A stretch of DNA of 64,000 nt from Candidatus Undivivens industriae (lineage in GTDB: Bacteria; Omnitrophota; Gorgyraeia; Gygaellales; Profunditerraquicolaceae): assembly GCA_012514745.1 (NCBI GenBank), contig JAAYZR010000031.1, forward strand, positions 1,371 through 65,370, in the 5' to 3' direction. The notes under the pieces are model-generated. The model searched no databases and had not been told where the DNA came from. It saw only the letters and a program-made list of their open reading frames with translations. The position numbers and the translations under genes were made by a program. Within the stretch, counting starts at the first letter, position 1. Every line of letters begins with the position of its first letter. Shown in pieces: positions 50,725 to 60,030 of this stretch.

Positions 50725-50838
50725 GGGGACACTATACTTAATTATTGCCGGAAGCGCCGCGTATACTCCGAAAAAAGAAAATCGGGAGTTGAGCGCGCTG
50801 CGTGAGTGAGGGGGTAAGTATTTATGGTATCATTCCCA
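50722..50838. repeat. ~118-bp dispersed repeat, copy 2
   Basis: Near-identical to 24509-24628. Confidence 0.92.
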
Positions 50839-50892
50839 TGTGCTTACACGGTGCTTCTTGTCTTTGCCCCGCAATGATGTTATAATCGCTGC

Positions 50893-52110
50893 ATGATTAA
50901 ATTCCCCCGCGGTTTTCTCTGGGGCGCGGCGACCTCCGCATATCAGGTGGAGGGGGGTAATTCCGCGTCCGACTGGTGGTTATGGGAGAAAGTGACCGGG
51001 CACCGGCAATCCGGCGCGGCCTGCGATCACTATCGTCTCTATGAGCAGGATTTCGATCTGGCGCGCGGACTCTGTCATAACGCGCACCGACTTTCCGTCG
51101 AATGGAGCCGCATAGAACCGCGCGAGGGAAGGTTTTCCCGCAAGGAGCTCAAACATTACCTGGACGTTATTCTTGCGTTGAAGGCGCGCAATATCGAGCC
51201 GATGGTCACCCTGCACCATTTCACCAACCCGCTTTGGTTTTCCAGGTCCGGACGCTGGGAGAAGAACAGTTCGGTCAAGCGTTTCCTCAGGTATTGCGAA
51301 GAGGTCGTAGGGACACTGGCGAAACACGTCCATTACTGGATAACCATAAACGAACCTACCGTTTATATTTCGCACGGTTATATCCTCGGGGTCTGGCCTC
51401 CGCAGGCGCAGTCATATCTGAAGGCGGTCCGGGTCGAGGAGAACCTGGCGGAGGCGCATATCCGCGCTTACCGTCTCATTCACCGCATTTACGGAAAACA
51501 AAACCTGCCGCATCCGGCGGTAAGTATAGCCCAGAACGTCACGGCCTTCGCGCCTTGCAGGCCGCTTCTCAAGGACCGGCTTGCCGCCGCTTTTCGGCAT
51601 AAATGGTATAATCTCGCTTTCCTGGAGAGGGCCGCTCGAGAGAAGACGCTTGATTTCATCGGGCTTAATTATTATTCCCGCCAACTGGTGCACCTGTCAG
51701 GCAGCGGTCCGGCCAACTTCGTTTTCGACGTCTGCAAGAAGAACCACCATCCGGTAAAAAGGAATTCGCTGGGATGGGATATCTATCCCAAGGGGCTTTA
51801 CGATATCCTTATGGATATTAAAAGGTACCGTCTGCCCGTGATCATTACGGAAAACGGGATCTGCACTTCCGACGACGCGCTGCGCTGGGAATACATCCGC
51901 GGGCATCTGAAAAGTGTTCACCGCGCCGTTTCCGGAGGCGTTAACGTTAAAGGATATCTTTACTGGTCGCTGCTGGATAATTTCGAATGGGACAAAGGGT
52001 TTCGCCCGAGGTTCGGATTGATAGGCGTGGATTACAGGACGCAGAAGAGAAGGATACGCAAAAGCGCCGAAGAATTCGCTTCGGTTTGTTCGAGCGGGAT
52101 CCTGAAGTAG
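50893..52110 (+). CDS. Glycoside hydrolase family 1 (beta-glucosidase)
   Basis: FLWGAATSAYQVEG, TINEP, ITENG and WSLLDNFEW motifs. Confidence 0.95.
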   Translation: MIKFPRGFLWGAATSAYQVEGGNSASDWWLWEKVTGHRQSGAACDHYRLYEQDFDLARGLCHNAHRLSVEWSRIEPREGRFSRKELKHYLDVILALKARNIEPMVTLHHFTNPLWFSRSGRWEKNSSVKRFLRYCEEVVGTLAKHVHYWITINEPTVYISHGYILGVWPPQAQSYLKAVRVEENLAEAHIRAYRLIHRIYGKQNLPHPAVSIAQNVTAFAPCRPLLKDRLAAAFRHKWYNLAFLERAAREKTLDFIGLNYYSRQLVHLSGSGPANFVFDVCKKNHHPVKRNSLGWDIYPKGLYDILMDIKRYRLPVIITENGICTSDDALRWEYIRGHLKSVHRAVSGGVNVKGYLYWSLLDNFEWDKGFRPRFGLIGVDYRTQKRRIRKSAEEFASVCSSGILK

Positions 52111-52193
52111 GCGCCGCTCTTTATTTTGCCGGTCGAGGCCCGGGACTGCCTGATATTACGCGCCGGCGGCGGACTTTATGAGGCTGGAAGAAA

Positions 52194-53771
52194 ATGGATA
52201 ATAGCGAAAAGAAAACCGGTTGTTTTAACGCCTGCGATTTCCGGCAGCTGGCGGAGATCTCCGGCATATTGGTCTGGGTTACGGACAGCGACGGCAGGTA
52301 TATTTATGTCAGCCGGGAGGTATCCGATATACTCGGGATAGAGCCCCGGGAGATCATAGGCCGCAGTGTAAAAGATTTTCTGTTTTTCGGTCCGGAGGAG
52401 AAGCACGCGGTATCGATCGCCGCGAAACTGTCCGCCAGGGAGGCTTTTTCCCGTCTTGAGATCGAAGGCCGGCGTAAGGACGGCAGCCAGGTCTTCCTTG
52501 AAATAAGCGCTCTTCCCGTGTCGGACGATAGAGGCTGTTTTTGCGGGTTCAGCGGCATAGTCAAGGATATTAGCGGATACAAACAGGCGGAAAACGGACT
52601 GCGCAGCAACCAGGAATTCATAAAATCCATAATACAGAATTCCGCCGTGGCTACCTTCGTCATTACCGCCGAGCATAAGGTCATCTACTGGAACAGGGCC
52701 TGCGAAGAACTTACCGGGATCAAAGCCTCCGAAGTGCTCGACACCAATATGCATTGGAGGGCTTTCTACAAATCGCAGAGGCCATGCGTGGCGGACATCA
52801 TAATAGACGGCAGCGCCGCAGACATGGCCAGGCTTTATCCTGTGCAGTCGCGTTCCGAGTTCGTCGAAGGCGGGCTGCACTCGGAGGGGTGGTATATAAA
52901 TCTCGGCGGTAAGGACAGGTACATCATTTTTGACGCCGCCCCGATCTTCGACGCAGACGGGAGCGTGGTGGCAGCGATCGAGACTCTGCAGGACATCACG
53001 GAGAGCAAGAAGGCGCAGGAAGAGCTTGCCGAGGCATACCGTCAGCTTAAGGTTTATCAGGCTCAGCTTATTCAGGCGGCCAAGATGGATACGGTGGGGA
53101 CGCTGGCCAGCGGAATCGCGCATGAGGTGAAAAACCCGCTGGCGGTCATCCTGCAGGGGATCGAATATCTTTCCCGTAATATACCGTTCGATAACAAAGA
53201 AAACCGTATGGTGCTGGGTTTTATAAGCGAGGCGGTCGGCCGGGCGGACAGGATAATAAAAGGACTACTGGATTTTTCCAGTCTGACCGAGATGCGCATT
53301 GAGTCTCAGCCGCTGGAGGCGGTGATAGACAGCGCTTTGCTGCTGGTAAAGAACGCTCTGGACAGGAAAAAGGTCCGGGTCGTTAAAAACCTGGCGCCGG
53401 ATATGCCCTCGGCCATGATAGACAGGAATAAATTCGAGCAGGTCCTGGTTAATCTTTTTATGAATGCCGTAGATGTTATGCCTGAGCACGGGGAATTGAT
53501 CATAAGAGGTTACGGGAGCGCGGCCGGCCTGGGAGAAGACGCGGACAGCCGCGCGGCGGTGCTGGAGATAGAAGATAACGGCCCGGGGATACCGGAAGAA
53601 AATCTGGATAAGATTTTCGACCCGTTCTTTACCACCAAGCGCCGAAGAGGAGGCAGCGGTCTGGGGTTGTCAATAGTGCGCAACATAATAGATATGCACG
53701 GAGGCAGGATCAGCTTGAACAACAGGGTCGGTTCGCGCGGCGTAATAGTTCAAATGGTGCTGGTAGTTTAA
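52194..53771 (+). CDS. Cytoplasmic PAS-PAS sensor histidine kinase
   Basis: Two PAS/PAC segments; [24 protein letters not shown] and GSGLGL boxes. Confidence 0.94.
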   Translation: MDNSEKKTGCFNACDFRQLAEISGILVWVTDSDGRYIYVSREVSDILGIEPREIIGRSVKDFLFFGPEEKHAVSIAAKLSAREAFSRLEIEGRRKDGSQVFLEISALPVSDDRGCFCGFSGIVKDISGYKQAENGLRSNQEFIKSIIQNSAVATFVITAEHKVIYWNRACEELTGIKASEVLDTNMHWRAFYKSQRPCVADIIIDGSAADMARLYPVQSRSEFVEGGLHSEGWYINLGGKDRYIIFDAAPIFDADGSVVAAIETLQDITESKKAQEELAEAYRQLKVYQAQLIQAAKMDTVGTLASGIAHEVKNPLAVILQGIEYLSRNIPFDNKENRMVLGFISEAVGRADRIIKGLLDFSSLTEMRIESQPLEAVIDSALLLVKNALDRKKVRVVKNLAPDMPSAMIDRNKFEQVLVNLFMNAVDVMPEHGELIIRGYGSAAGLGEDADSRAAVLEIEDNGPGIPEENLDKIFDPFFTTKRRRGGSGLGLSIVRNIIDMHGGRISLNNRVGSRGVIVQMVLVV

Positions 53772-54198
53772 TCCCCTCGCCCAGAAAACCCCGGGTTTTA
53801 ACCCGGGGGGTACCTTAGCCAATCGGAATAACACCCTGCCCTTAAAGGAGAGGCAGGTGTTCACCAGTGTGAAAGTATACACCTGTGTGTTATACCTTGG
53901 CCAATGGGAATAACACTTTGCCCTTGTGGGGAATTGGGCAAGTGTTCACCAGTGTAAAAGTATTCGCTCGTGCGGTACACCTTAGCTTATTGGAAAGCTA
54001 AGTGTTCACTCGTGTGAAGCTTCGGGGAGGTTGCCGGAATAAGCAGCCAGCCGAATAATCGCTGTGTACCGGCGAAGCATTGGCTTCGCCGGAAAATAGA
54101 AGGAGCCGCGGGCTTTAGCCCGAGGGGCTCCACTCGAACCGCAGAGATCCGCGGCTTATCCAAGGATTAGCCCGGGCTTGAAGCCCGGGGAGTTTCAT
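53771..54198. mobile_element. Non-autonomous IS200/IS605-like mini-element with internal structured tandem repeats
   Basis: ccccggg..cccgggg hairpin at the left; gggctttagcccgaggggctccac and cccgggcttgaagcccggggagtttca at the right; three related internal units; no credible ORF. Confidence 0.55.
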
Positions 54199-54218
54199 TC
54201 AAAACGAGGGAGGGTACG

Positions 54219-54590
54219 GTGCCTAAAAAAGTGCTGTTGATAGACGATGAAGCGGCTTTCACTCAACTGGTTAAACTCAACCTGGAGAAGACCGGGAAAT
54301 ACGAAGTGCGGGTGGAAAATCAGGGCGCGATGGGGTTGTCTTCGGCTATACAATTCAAACCGGATATGATATTGCTGGATATCGTGATGCCGGATACGGA
54401 CGGTTCCGATGTGGCCATGCAGTTGTCCGAGAACAGCATGACCAGGGATATCCCGATAGTCTTTCTGACCGCGATAGTGGAAAAAGAGGAGGTTGACGAC
54501 AACAATAATATGATCGGCGGCAGGAAATTCCTTGCGAAACCGGTGAATCTGGCGGAATTGATGAGATGCATAGACTCGTCTGTTAAATGA
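54219..54590 (+). CDS. Single-domain response regulator
   Basis: LLIDDE, LLDIVMP, FLTA and KPV motifs. Confidence 0.93.
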   Translation: MPKKVLLIDDEAAFTQLVKLNLEKTGKYEVRVENQGAMGLSSAIQFKPDMILLDIVMPDTDGSDVAMQLSENSMTRDIPIVFLTAIVEKEEVDDNNNMIGGRKFLAKPVNLAELMRCIDSSVK

Positions 54591-54613
54591 CGGCCTTACC
54601 GTGGCGGTAATCA

Positions 54614-54641
54614 TTGACAAACGCCCGCGGGGAGCTATAAT
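54614..54641 (+). promoter_or_regulatory. Sigma70 promoter
   Basis: TTGACA-16 bp-TATAAT. Confidence 0.7.
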
Positions 54642-54760
54642 AATGTAAAGAGTTAATAATCGGCGGCCCGCGTTGGAAGGAATAAATCCGGGACCTTAAA
54701 AAAACGGGACCAGAGCCTTTTGGGGGCGAAGTTCCGTTAACGGCGCCGCAAGACGCCATA

Positions 54761-54800
54761 AAACCTTCGCTTTCAGGAGCGGAGGTTTTTGTTTTTTTTA
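54761..54800 (+). terminator. Intrinsic terminator in the leader of the radical SAM gene
   Basis: aaaccttcgct-ttcagg-agcggaggttt followed by a T-rich tail. Confidence 0.75.
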
Positions 54801-54844
54801 AGGCAGGGCGTTCTCCCGCCCGCCGCAAGAAAGGGAGCAGGCGC

Positions 54845-55981
54845 ATGGTCCTCATCAGGAAGATCCCGGATACAGGGGAGAAACTAAGCATACTTTCACG
54901 CGATTCGCAGTATGATCTTGCCTGTGCCTGCGCCACCCGGGAGGACGAGCACCGCCGGCGTTCCAAAGACGGCAAATGGATATATCCGGTGACGCTGCCC
55001 GGCGGAGGGACGACATTTCTTTTCAAGACGCTCCTCTCCAATCAATGCGTTAACGACTGCAAATACTGTCCGCTGCGCGCCGGTTCTCCGGCCGCGCGTT
55101 GTTCTCTGGCGCCGGAAGAGGCCGCCAGGGTGTTTTTCTCGTATTACAGAGCGGGAAAGGTCAGCGGCCTTTTCTTGAGCAGCGCGGTCTGCGGCAGTCC
55201 GGACGCCAGCATGGAGAATATCAACCGGGTTGCTCTTTTATTGCGCAGGGAGCGTTTCAGGGGTTACATACACCTGAAGATAATCCCCGGTGCTTCGGAG
55301 AACGCTATCAGGCAGAGTCTTTCTCTGGCCAGCGCGGTTTCTCTGAATATAGAGACGGCCGGGGAGGGTAATTTCAGGCATTTCGGCAAAGGCAAGGATT
55401 ACATTAAGGATATAATCAGGCCGCTGGAATTCATCAGCCGTTTCAGGCGTAACTGTTCCGGCGGACGCAGGATCAAACAGACCACGCAGTTCGTGGTGGG
55501 CGCTTCCCGGGAGACGGACGAAGAGATTATCGGCTGTTCTTCCCGGCTATACGGGAGCCTGGGGCTGTCGAGGATATATTTCAGTTCTTATCAGAGGGGA
55601 GAAGGCGATCCTTCTTTGCCCGGAGAGAGTTCCTCATACAGCAACGAGGAAATGCTGACGCGTGAGCACCGGCTTTACCAGGCGGACTGGCTGATGCGTA
55701 AATACGGGTTCCGCGCCGAGGAGATACCTCTGGGGCCGGATGGGAATCTTTCCCTGGATGCCGATCCTAAAGCGGTGTGGGCGCGCAGGCATCCGGAATT
55801 CTTTCCGGTAGAGGTGAACAGCGCCTCTGCGTCGCGGCTGCTGCGCGTGCCCGGACTGGGGCTGACGGCGGTGGAGAGGATAATGCAGTTGAGGCGGGAA
55901 GGCGTAAGGCTGCGTTCCCTTGCGCCCGCGGTTAAACGCGGAAAAATACTGAAGCAGGCGGAGAAATATGTTGTTTTTTAA
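54845..55981 (+). CDS. Putative DNA modification/repair radical SAM protein with helix-hairpin-helix
   Basis: YDLACAC, CVNDCKYC, GLFLSS, GYIHLK, REHRLYQADWL and LLRVPGLG motifs. Confidence 0.9.
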   Translation: MVLIRKIPDTGEKLSILSRDSQYDLACACATREDEHRRRSKDGKWIYPVTLPGGGTTFLFKTLLSNQCVNDCKYCPLRAGSPAARCSLAPEEAARVFFSYYRAGKVSGLFLSSAVCGSPDASMENINRVALLLRRERFRGYIHLKIIPGASENAIRQSLSLASAVSLNIETAGEGNFRHFGKGKDYIKDIIRPLEFISRFRRNCSGGRRIKQTTQFVVGASRETDEEIIGCSSRLYGSLGLSRIYFSSYQRGEGDPSLPGESSSYSNEEMLTREHRLYQADWLMRKYGFRAEEIPLGPDGNLSLDADPKAVWARRHPEFFPVEVNSASASRLLRVPGLGLTAVERIMQLRREGVRLRSLAPAVKRGKILKQAEKYVVF

Positions 55982-56012
55982 TCCCCTCGCCCAGAGATCT
56001 TCGGGTTCAAGG
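55981..56012. repeat. Degenerate IS605-like left end
   Basis: atcccctcgcccaga is identical to the start of the 53771 element. Confidence 0.6.
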
Positions 56013-56017
56013 ATAGT

Positions 56018-57118
56018 ATGCTAAGATTGTTCTGTTGTTTTCTTATTCTGCAAATCGTCTTTTCTCCGGCGTCTTCCTTTGCGTCCGCGCCGCCGCGCCG
56101 CGGCCTTTTCGTTTCGGTGATCCAGGATCCGCCTGTGCTCTCAAACCGGGCGGATATGGAAAGACTGCTGGACTTTGCGGTGAAAACGCGCATAAACATT
56201 CTTTTCGTGCAGGTCTATCGGGCGGGCCTGGCGTGGTTCCCTTCCCGCGGCGCCGACGCGTCTCCTTATTATGAATGTCTGGATAAAGCCGGAGTCGATC
56301 CGCTCGCGTTCCTCATAGAGGAGGCGCACAAAAGAGGGATAGAGGTGCACGCCTGGATGAATATGCTCAGCCTTAGCCGCAACGAAAACGCGTTTTTCCT
56401 GCGTAAATACGGAACGGGCGTGTTGACCAGGAACATTCTGCCCAAGAAAGGCCTGCGCGACTACCGGATAGACGGCCAGTATTTTCTGGAGCCGGGCGAC
56501 CCCCGGGTGCGCGAAGAACTTTGCGATATCGTGGAAGAAGCGGCGCGTTATTATCCGGCACTGGACGGCATACAACTTGATTACATCCGTTATCCCGATT
56601 CCAGGCCTTTCTACGGGCATACGTCGGCCAACGAGGAGCGCTTCAAGAAAGAGACCGGGATAGAGCCGATAACGGAAGATAACAGGCAGTGGCGTGTCTG
56701 GAAACGCGCCCAGGTAACAGATCTGCTGGATCTCCTCGTCAGGAGGATCCGTTCAGTCCGGCCCGGGATCCAGGTCTCGGCCACCGGCTGCGCTCCTTAC
56801 TGCCGCGCCTATGAAGAGGCGTTCCAGGATTGGCCTTCCTGGTTGTCCCGCGGGACGGTGGATTTCGTGACCTTGATGGATTATTCTCATTATCCGCGGG
56901 AATTCAAGAAGTGTATTCTTGAACTGAAGGATAAACTCTCTTCCTGGGATAAGGTCACTATCGGTATAGGCGCTTATAAACTGGTCGGCTTGCCGTTGAC
57001 TTTCAGCGAAGAACTGGATTATTGCCGCCGGGAGAGGGGATTGTCGTATGCCGTTTTTCATTACGGCAGCCTGCTGGAGGACCCGGCGATTGCCGGGTTG
57101 ATGACCGCGGAGCATTGA
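56018..57118 (+). CDS. Secreted GHL10 (glycosyl hydrolase-like 10) protein
   Basis: DPLAFLIEEAHKRGIEVHAW, DGIQLDYIRYP and QDW..W motifs; signal peptide. Confidence 0.88.
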   Translation: MLRLFCCFLILQIVFSPASSFASAPPRRGLFVSVIQDPPVLSNRADMERLLDFAVKTRINILFVQVYRAGLAWFPSRGADASPYYECLDKAGVDPLAFLIEEAHKRGIEVHAWMNMLSLSRNENAFFLRKYGTGVLTRNILPKKGLRDYRIDGQYFLEPGDPRVREELCDIVEEAARYYPALDGIQLDYIRYPDSRPFYGHTSANEERFKKETGIEPITEDNRQWRVWKRAQVTDLLDLLVRRIRSVRPGIQVSATGCAPYCRAYEEAFQDWPSWLSRGTVDFVTLMDYSHYPREFKKCILELKDKLSSWDKVTIGIGAYKLVGLPLTFSEELDYCRRERGLSYAVFHYGSLLEDPAIAGLMTAEH

Positions 57119-57133
57119 CGGCGGAAATACCAT

Positions 57134-57161
57134 TTGACAAATCTCTCGGGAGCAGTATAAT
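57134..57161 (+). promoter_or_regulatory. Sigma70 promoter of the cold-shock gene
   Basis: TTGACA-16 bp-TATAAT. Confidence 0.7.
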
Positions 57162-57342
57162 AACACAGTGGATATTCATGGTGGAGTTTGAATCCGGCAG
57201 GTCTCAACCATAGCGCCTGCCGGATTTTATTTTTTTACAGGGCGCGTAGTCAAAAAGAAAGGGGGCAGCCGGCCTCTGCAAAAAGTTCGCGGTAAAAATG
57301 ATAACATTGTGAGAAACGCAGCAGCTTTAATAAGGAGTACAC

Positions 57343-57555
57343 ATGCATACAGGAAAAGTGAAGAAATTGGTGGCGGATAGAGGATTTGGTTTTATAAGCG
57401 ACACCGACGGAAGAGAAGTGTTTTTTCATCAGTCAAGCCTGATAGACGCCAGATTCGATTCTCTAAGCGAAGGCCAGGACGTGGAATTCGAAGTGGAGAA
57501 GTCTCCAAAAGGGCCCAGGGCGATAAACGTCAAGATAGCGGCTAAACAGGAATAA
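57343..57555 (+). CDS. cspA: Cold-shock domain protein
   Basis: RGFGFI (RNP1), VFFH (RNP2) and KGPRA motifs; SD taaggag. Confidence 0.92.
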   Translation: MHTGKVKKLVADRGFGFISDTDGREVFFHQSSLIDARFDSLSEGQDVEFEVEKSPKGPRAINVKIAAKQE

Positions 57556-57664
57556 CAGCGGCAGTTTAACAGGGGGATTCGCGGCACACCAGCGTGTATA
57601 CGGCCGGCAGGGAATGACTCGATATCTTTATCACCTCCCGGCGTGACAAGATTAGCGAATAAGG

Positions 57665-57703
57665 AGCCGTAAAGGGGCAGTTCACTAACCTTTACGGCTT
57701 TTT
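57665..57703 (+). terminator. Intrinsic terminator after csp
   Basis: agccgtaaagg..cctttacggct followed by a T run. Confidence 0.7.
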
Positions 57704-57709
57704 GTCATT

Positions 57710-58792
57710 ATGGACAGAGATTTCTCCAATTTCATGCTCGGAAATCTAAGAGTAGAAATACCCATTATCCAGGGCGGGATGGGGGTGCGGGTTTCTTCTT
57801 TTGGGTTGGCCTCGGCCGTTTCTAATGAGGGCGGATTGGGCGTTATCGCGGCCGTCGCCCTCGGCGAAGACGAGACGGGCGCCGGATGCGATTATAAGGC
57901 CCGTTCCCGGAATTCCCTGATAGATAACATCAGAAAAACCCGCTCTTTGACCGGCAAACCGTTCGGCGTCAACATAATGTGCGCTCTCAGCAATTATGAC
58001 GATCTGGTCGACGCTTCCCAATCGGAAGGGGTGGATGTGATCATTTCCGGGGCCGGACTGCCGTTGAAACTGCCTGCTTTGATAAAGAACGGCAGGACCA
58101 AGCTTGTGCCTATCGTATCTTCGGCGAGGGCCGCGTATTTGATTTGCAGCGTGTGGAAGCGGAGGTATAACCGGGTTCCGGACGCTTTGATCGTGGAAGG
58201 CCCGCTGGCCGGCGGCCATCTCGGATTCAGCAATGAGGAGTTGGCGGACGGGAAAAATGTCAACCTGGACGGCATACTCAGCGAAGTGATCTCTATCGCC
58301 GCGGGTTTTCCCGGGCCTGAAGGGAAGATACCGGTTATAGCGGCCGGCGGTATTTTTGACGGGGAGGATATTTCCAGGGTCATACGCCTGGGCGCCGGAG
58401 CCGTGCAGATGGCCACCAGATTCGTGTGCACCCATGAGTGCGATGCCGATTACGGGTATAAAGCCGCGTATTTGTCGGCCGGTAAGGAAGATATCACGGT
58501 CATCCGAAGCCCTGTCGGCCTGCCCGGCAGAGTGATCCGCAATCAATTCGTGGAAAAAATAAGCAGGGGAGAACGTATCGATTTCGGCTGCGTTTATAAA
58601 TGTCTTTCTACTTGTGACCCGGAAAAAGCCAATTATTGTATCGCTAAGGCGTTGATTAACGCCTCCAAAGGCAGGATGGATAAAGGATTCGCGATGTGCG
58701 GGAGCAACGCTTACCGCATAAATAAGATCGTATCCGTCAAGGAATTGTTCCGTGAATTAGTGGAAGGGGCGCGTAAATGTTTAAAAAAGTGA
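57710..58792 (+). CDS. Nitronate monooxygenase / FabK-like FMN enzyme with C-terminal Cys cluster
   Basis: PIIQGGMG, ISGAGLP, VEGPLAGGHLG, AAGGI, QMATRF and C..KC..TC..YCI motifs. Confidence 0.88.
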   Translation: MDRDFSNFMLGNLRVEIPIIQGGMGVRVSSFGLASAVSNEGGLGVIAAVALGEDETGAGCDYKARSRNSLIDNIRKTRSLTGKPFGVNIMCALSNYDDLVDASQSEGVDVIISGAGLPLKLPALIKNGRTKLVPIVSSARAAYLICSVWKRRYNRVPDALIVEGPLAGGHLGFSNEELADGKNVNLDGILSEVISIAAGFPGPEGKIPVIAAGGIFDGEDISRVIRLGAGAVQMATRFVCTHECDADYGYKAAYLSAGKEDITVIRSPVGLPGRVIRNQFVEKISRGERIDFGCVYKCLSTCDPEKANYCIAKALINASKGRMDKGFAMCGSNAYRINKIVSVKELFRELVEGARKCLKK

Positions 58793-58944
58793 AAAGCTAT
58801 CCCAAAGGCCGGAAATGCCGTTTCCCTGCCTGCGGTAAGATCCTGAGCATATATAATCAGGGGGAATATTGCCACGTGCACCAGGGATACATCGACAACG
58901 CCGCCTTTAAAAAAACCGGCAAGATTAAGTCCGGCCGCAAATAA
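58789..58944 (+). CDS. Small Cys/His protein (51 aa), below the ORF-track cutoff
   Basis: MKSYPKGRKCRFPACGKILSIYNQGEYCHVHQGY...; GTGA overlap with the upstream stop. Confidence 0.6.
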   Translation: MKSYPKGRKCRFPACGKILSIYNQGEYCHVHQGYIDNAAFKKTGKIKSGRK

Positions 58945-59146
58945 ACGATTCGCGATGCCTCACAAGCAGAAAGCCGGATCGTGAGCCTACTGTTCCGGCA
59001 TTCTTATCCCATATCACGTCATCTCTGACGGCGATTCGGTTACCAAACCCGCCTGAGTTTTACTTGTATATATATAAAGTTTATGGACGGATGCGCCGCT
59101 TTTCCGTTTTGCCGCCAACGGGGCGGCTGACGGTAACGATAGAGCG

Positions 59147-59836
59147 ATGATACTGGTCATTAGGCACGTAGATATAGAAGGCCCCGGGACCCTCGGCGAT
59201 TTCTTTGCCGCGGGCGGCATGGATGTTCTCCAGGCGGATGTCTATTCCGGCGCGCGTCTGCCGCGCGGCCTTCGCGGTATCGACGCCGTCGTATCTCTGG
59301 GCGGACCGATGAACGTTTATGAAGATAAGAGATATCCTTTTCTCCTGGAAGAAGAGAGAATACTACAACAAGCGCTGGAGAAGGGGCTGCCTGTGTTGGG
59401 GATATGTCTGGGGGCGCAGATGCTCGCCAAGTCCTGCGGCGCGAAGGTATTCAAGTCTCCGCTGAGAGAGATCGGCTGGCGCAGGGTAACGCTTACCGCC
59501 GAGGGCAGGCGCGACCGTTTGTTCTCCGGCATTCCGGAGCGTCCGGAGGTTTTCGAATGGCATGAGGATACTTTCGGGATACCCGCCGGCGGAGTCCTGC
59601 TGGCGCAGAGCGCCGGCTGCAGGAACCAGGCATTTAGAGTGGGACGGAACGCCTATGGCCTGCAGTTTCACGTCGAGGTAACTCCAGCTATGATACGCGG
59701 CTGGATCGGGCGCTATGCCGGAGACGGCTGTCCGGATACGACGGGCATAACAGGAAGGCAGTGCGGCAAGAACAGCGGTTTCCACCGGATGGCGCAAAAG
59801 TTATACGCCAATTTCGCGGGTATCATCAAGGATTAA
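59147..59836 (+). CDS. Type 1 glutamine amidotransferase (GMP synthase-like)
   Basis: LGGPMNVY, LGICLGAQ, WHEDTF and QFHVE motifs. Confidence 0.9.
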   Translation: MILVIRHVDIEGPGTLGDFFAAGGMDVLQADVYSGARLPRGLRGIDAVVSLGGPMNVYEDKRYPFLLEEERILQQALEKGLPVLGICLGAQMLAKSCGAKVFKSPLREIGWRRVTLTAEGRRDRLFSGIPERPEVFEWHEDTFGIPAGGVLLAQSAGCRNQAFRVGRNAYGLQFHVEVTPAMIRGWIGRYAGDGCPDTTGITGRQCGKNSGFHRMAQKLYANFAGIIKD

Positions 59837-60030
59837 CATCTTGTTTTTCGCCGTCAGATATGTAAAATAAAGTAAAGAGGACGGCTTCTGATTCGATAGG
59901 GGCACGGTGCGATCCCGGTTCTTGTTATTTCTTTTCGTCGTCCTTCACCCCTTATTTTTATTTAAGGCCATGACATAGCCTGTCCGCAGGCACCCAGGCC
60001 GGTTATTCGTTCCACCCAAGACCGGAGGAG

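Noticed and set aside
53811-54020. CRISPR array
   Set aside because: Only three long degenerate units with ~14-nt variable linkers and no cas genes in the window; kept as a structured repeat instead
58950-59140. Fluoride or other riboswitch before the amidotransferase
   Set aside because: Only fragmentary resemblance; the conserved core cannot be assembled
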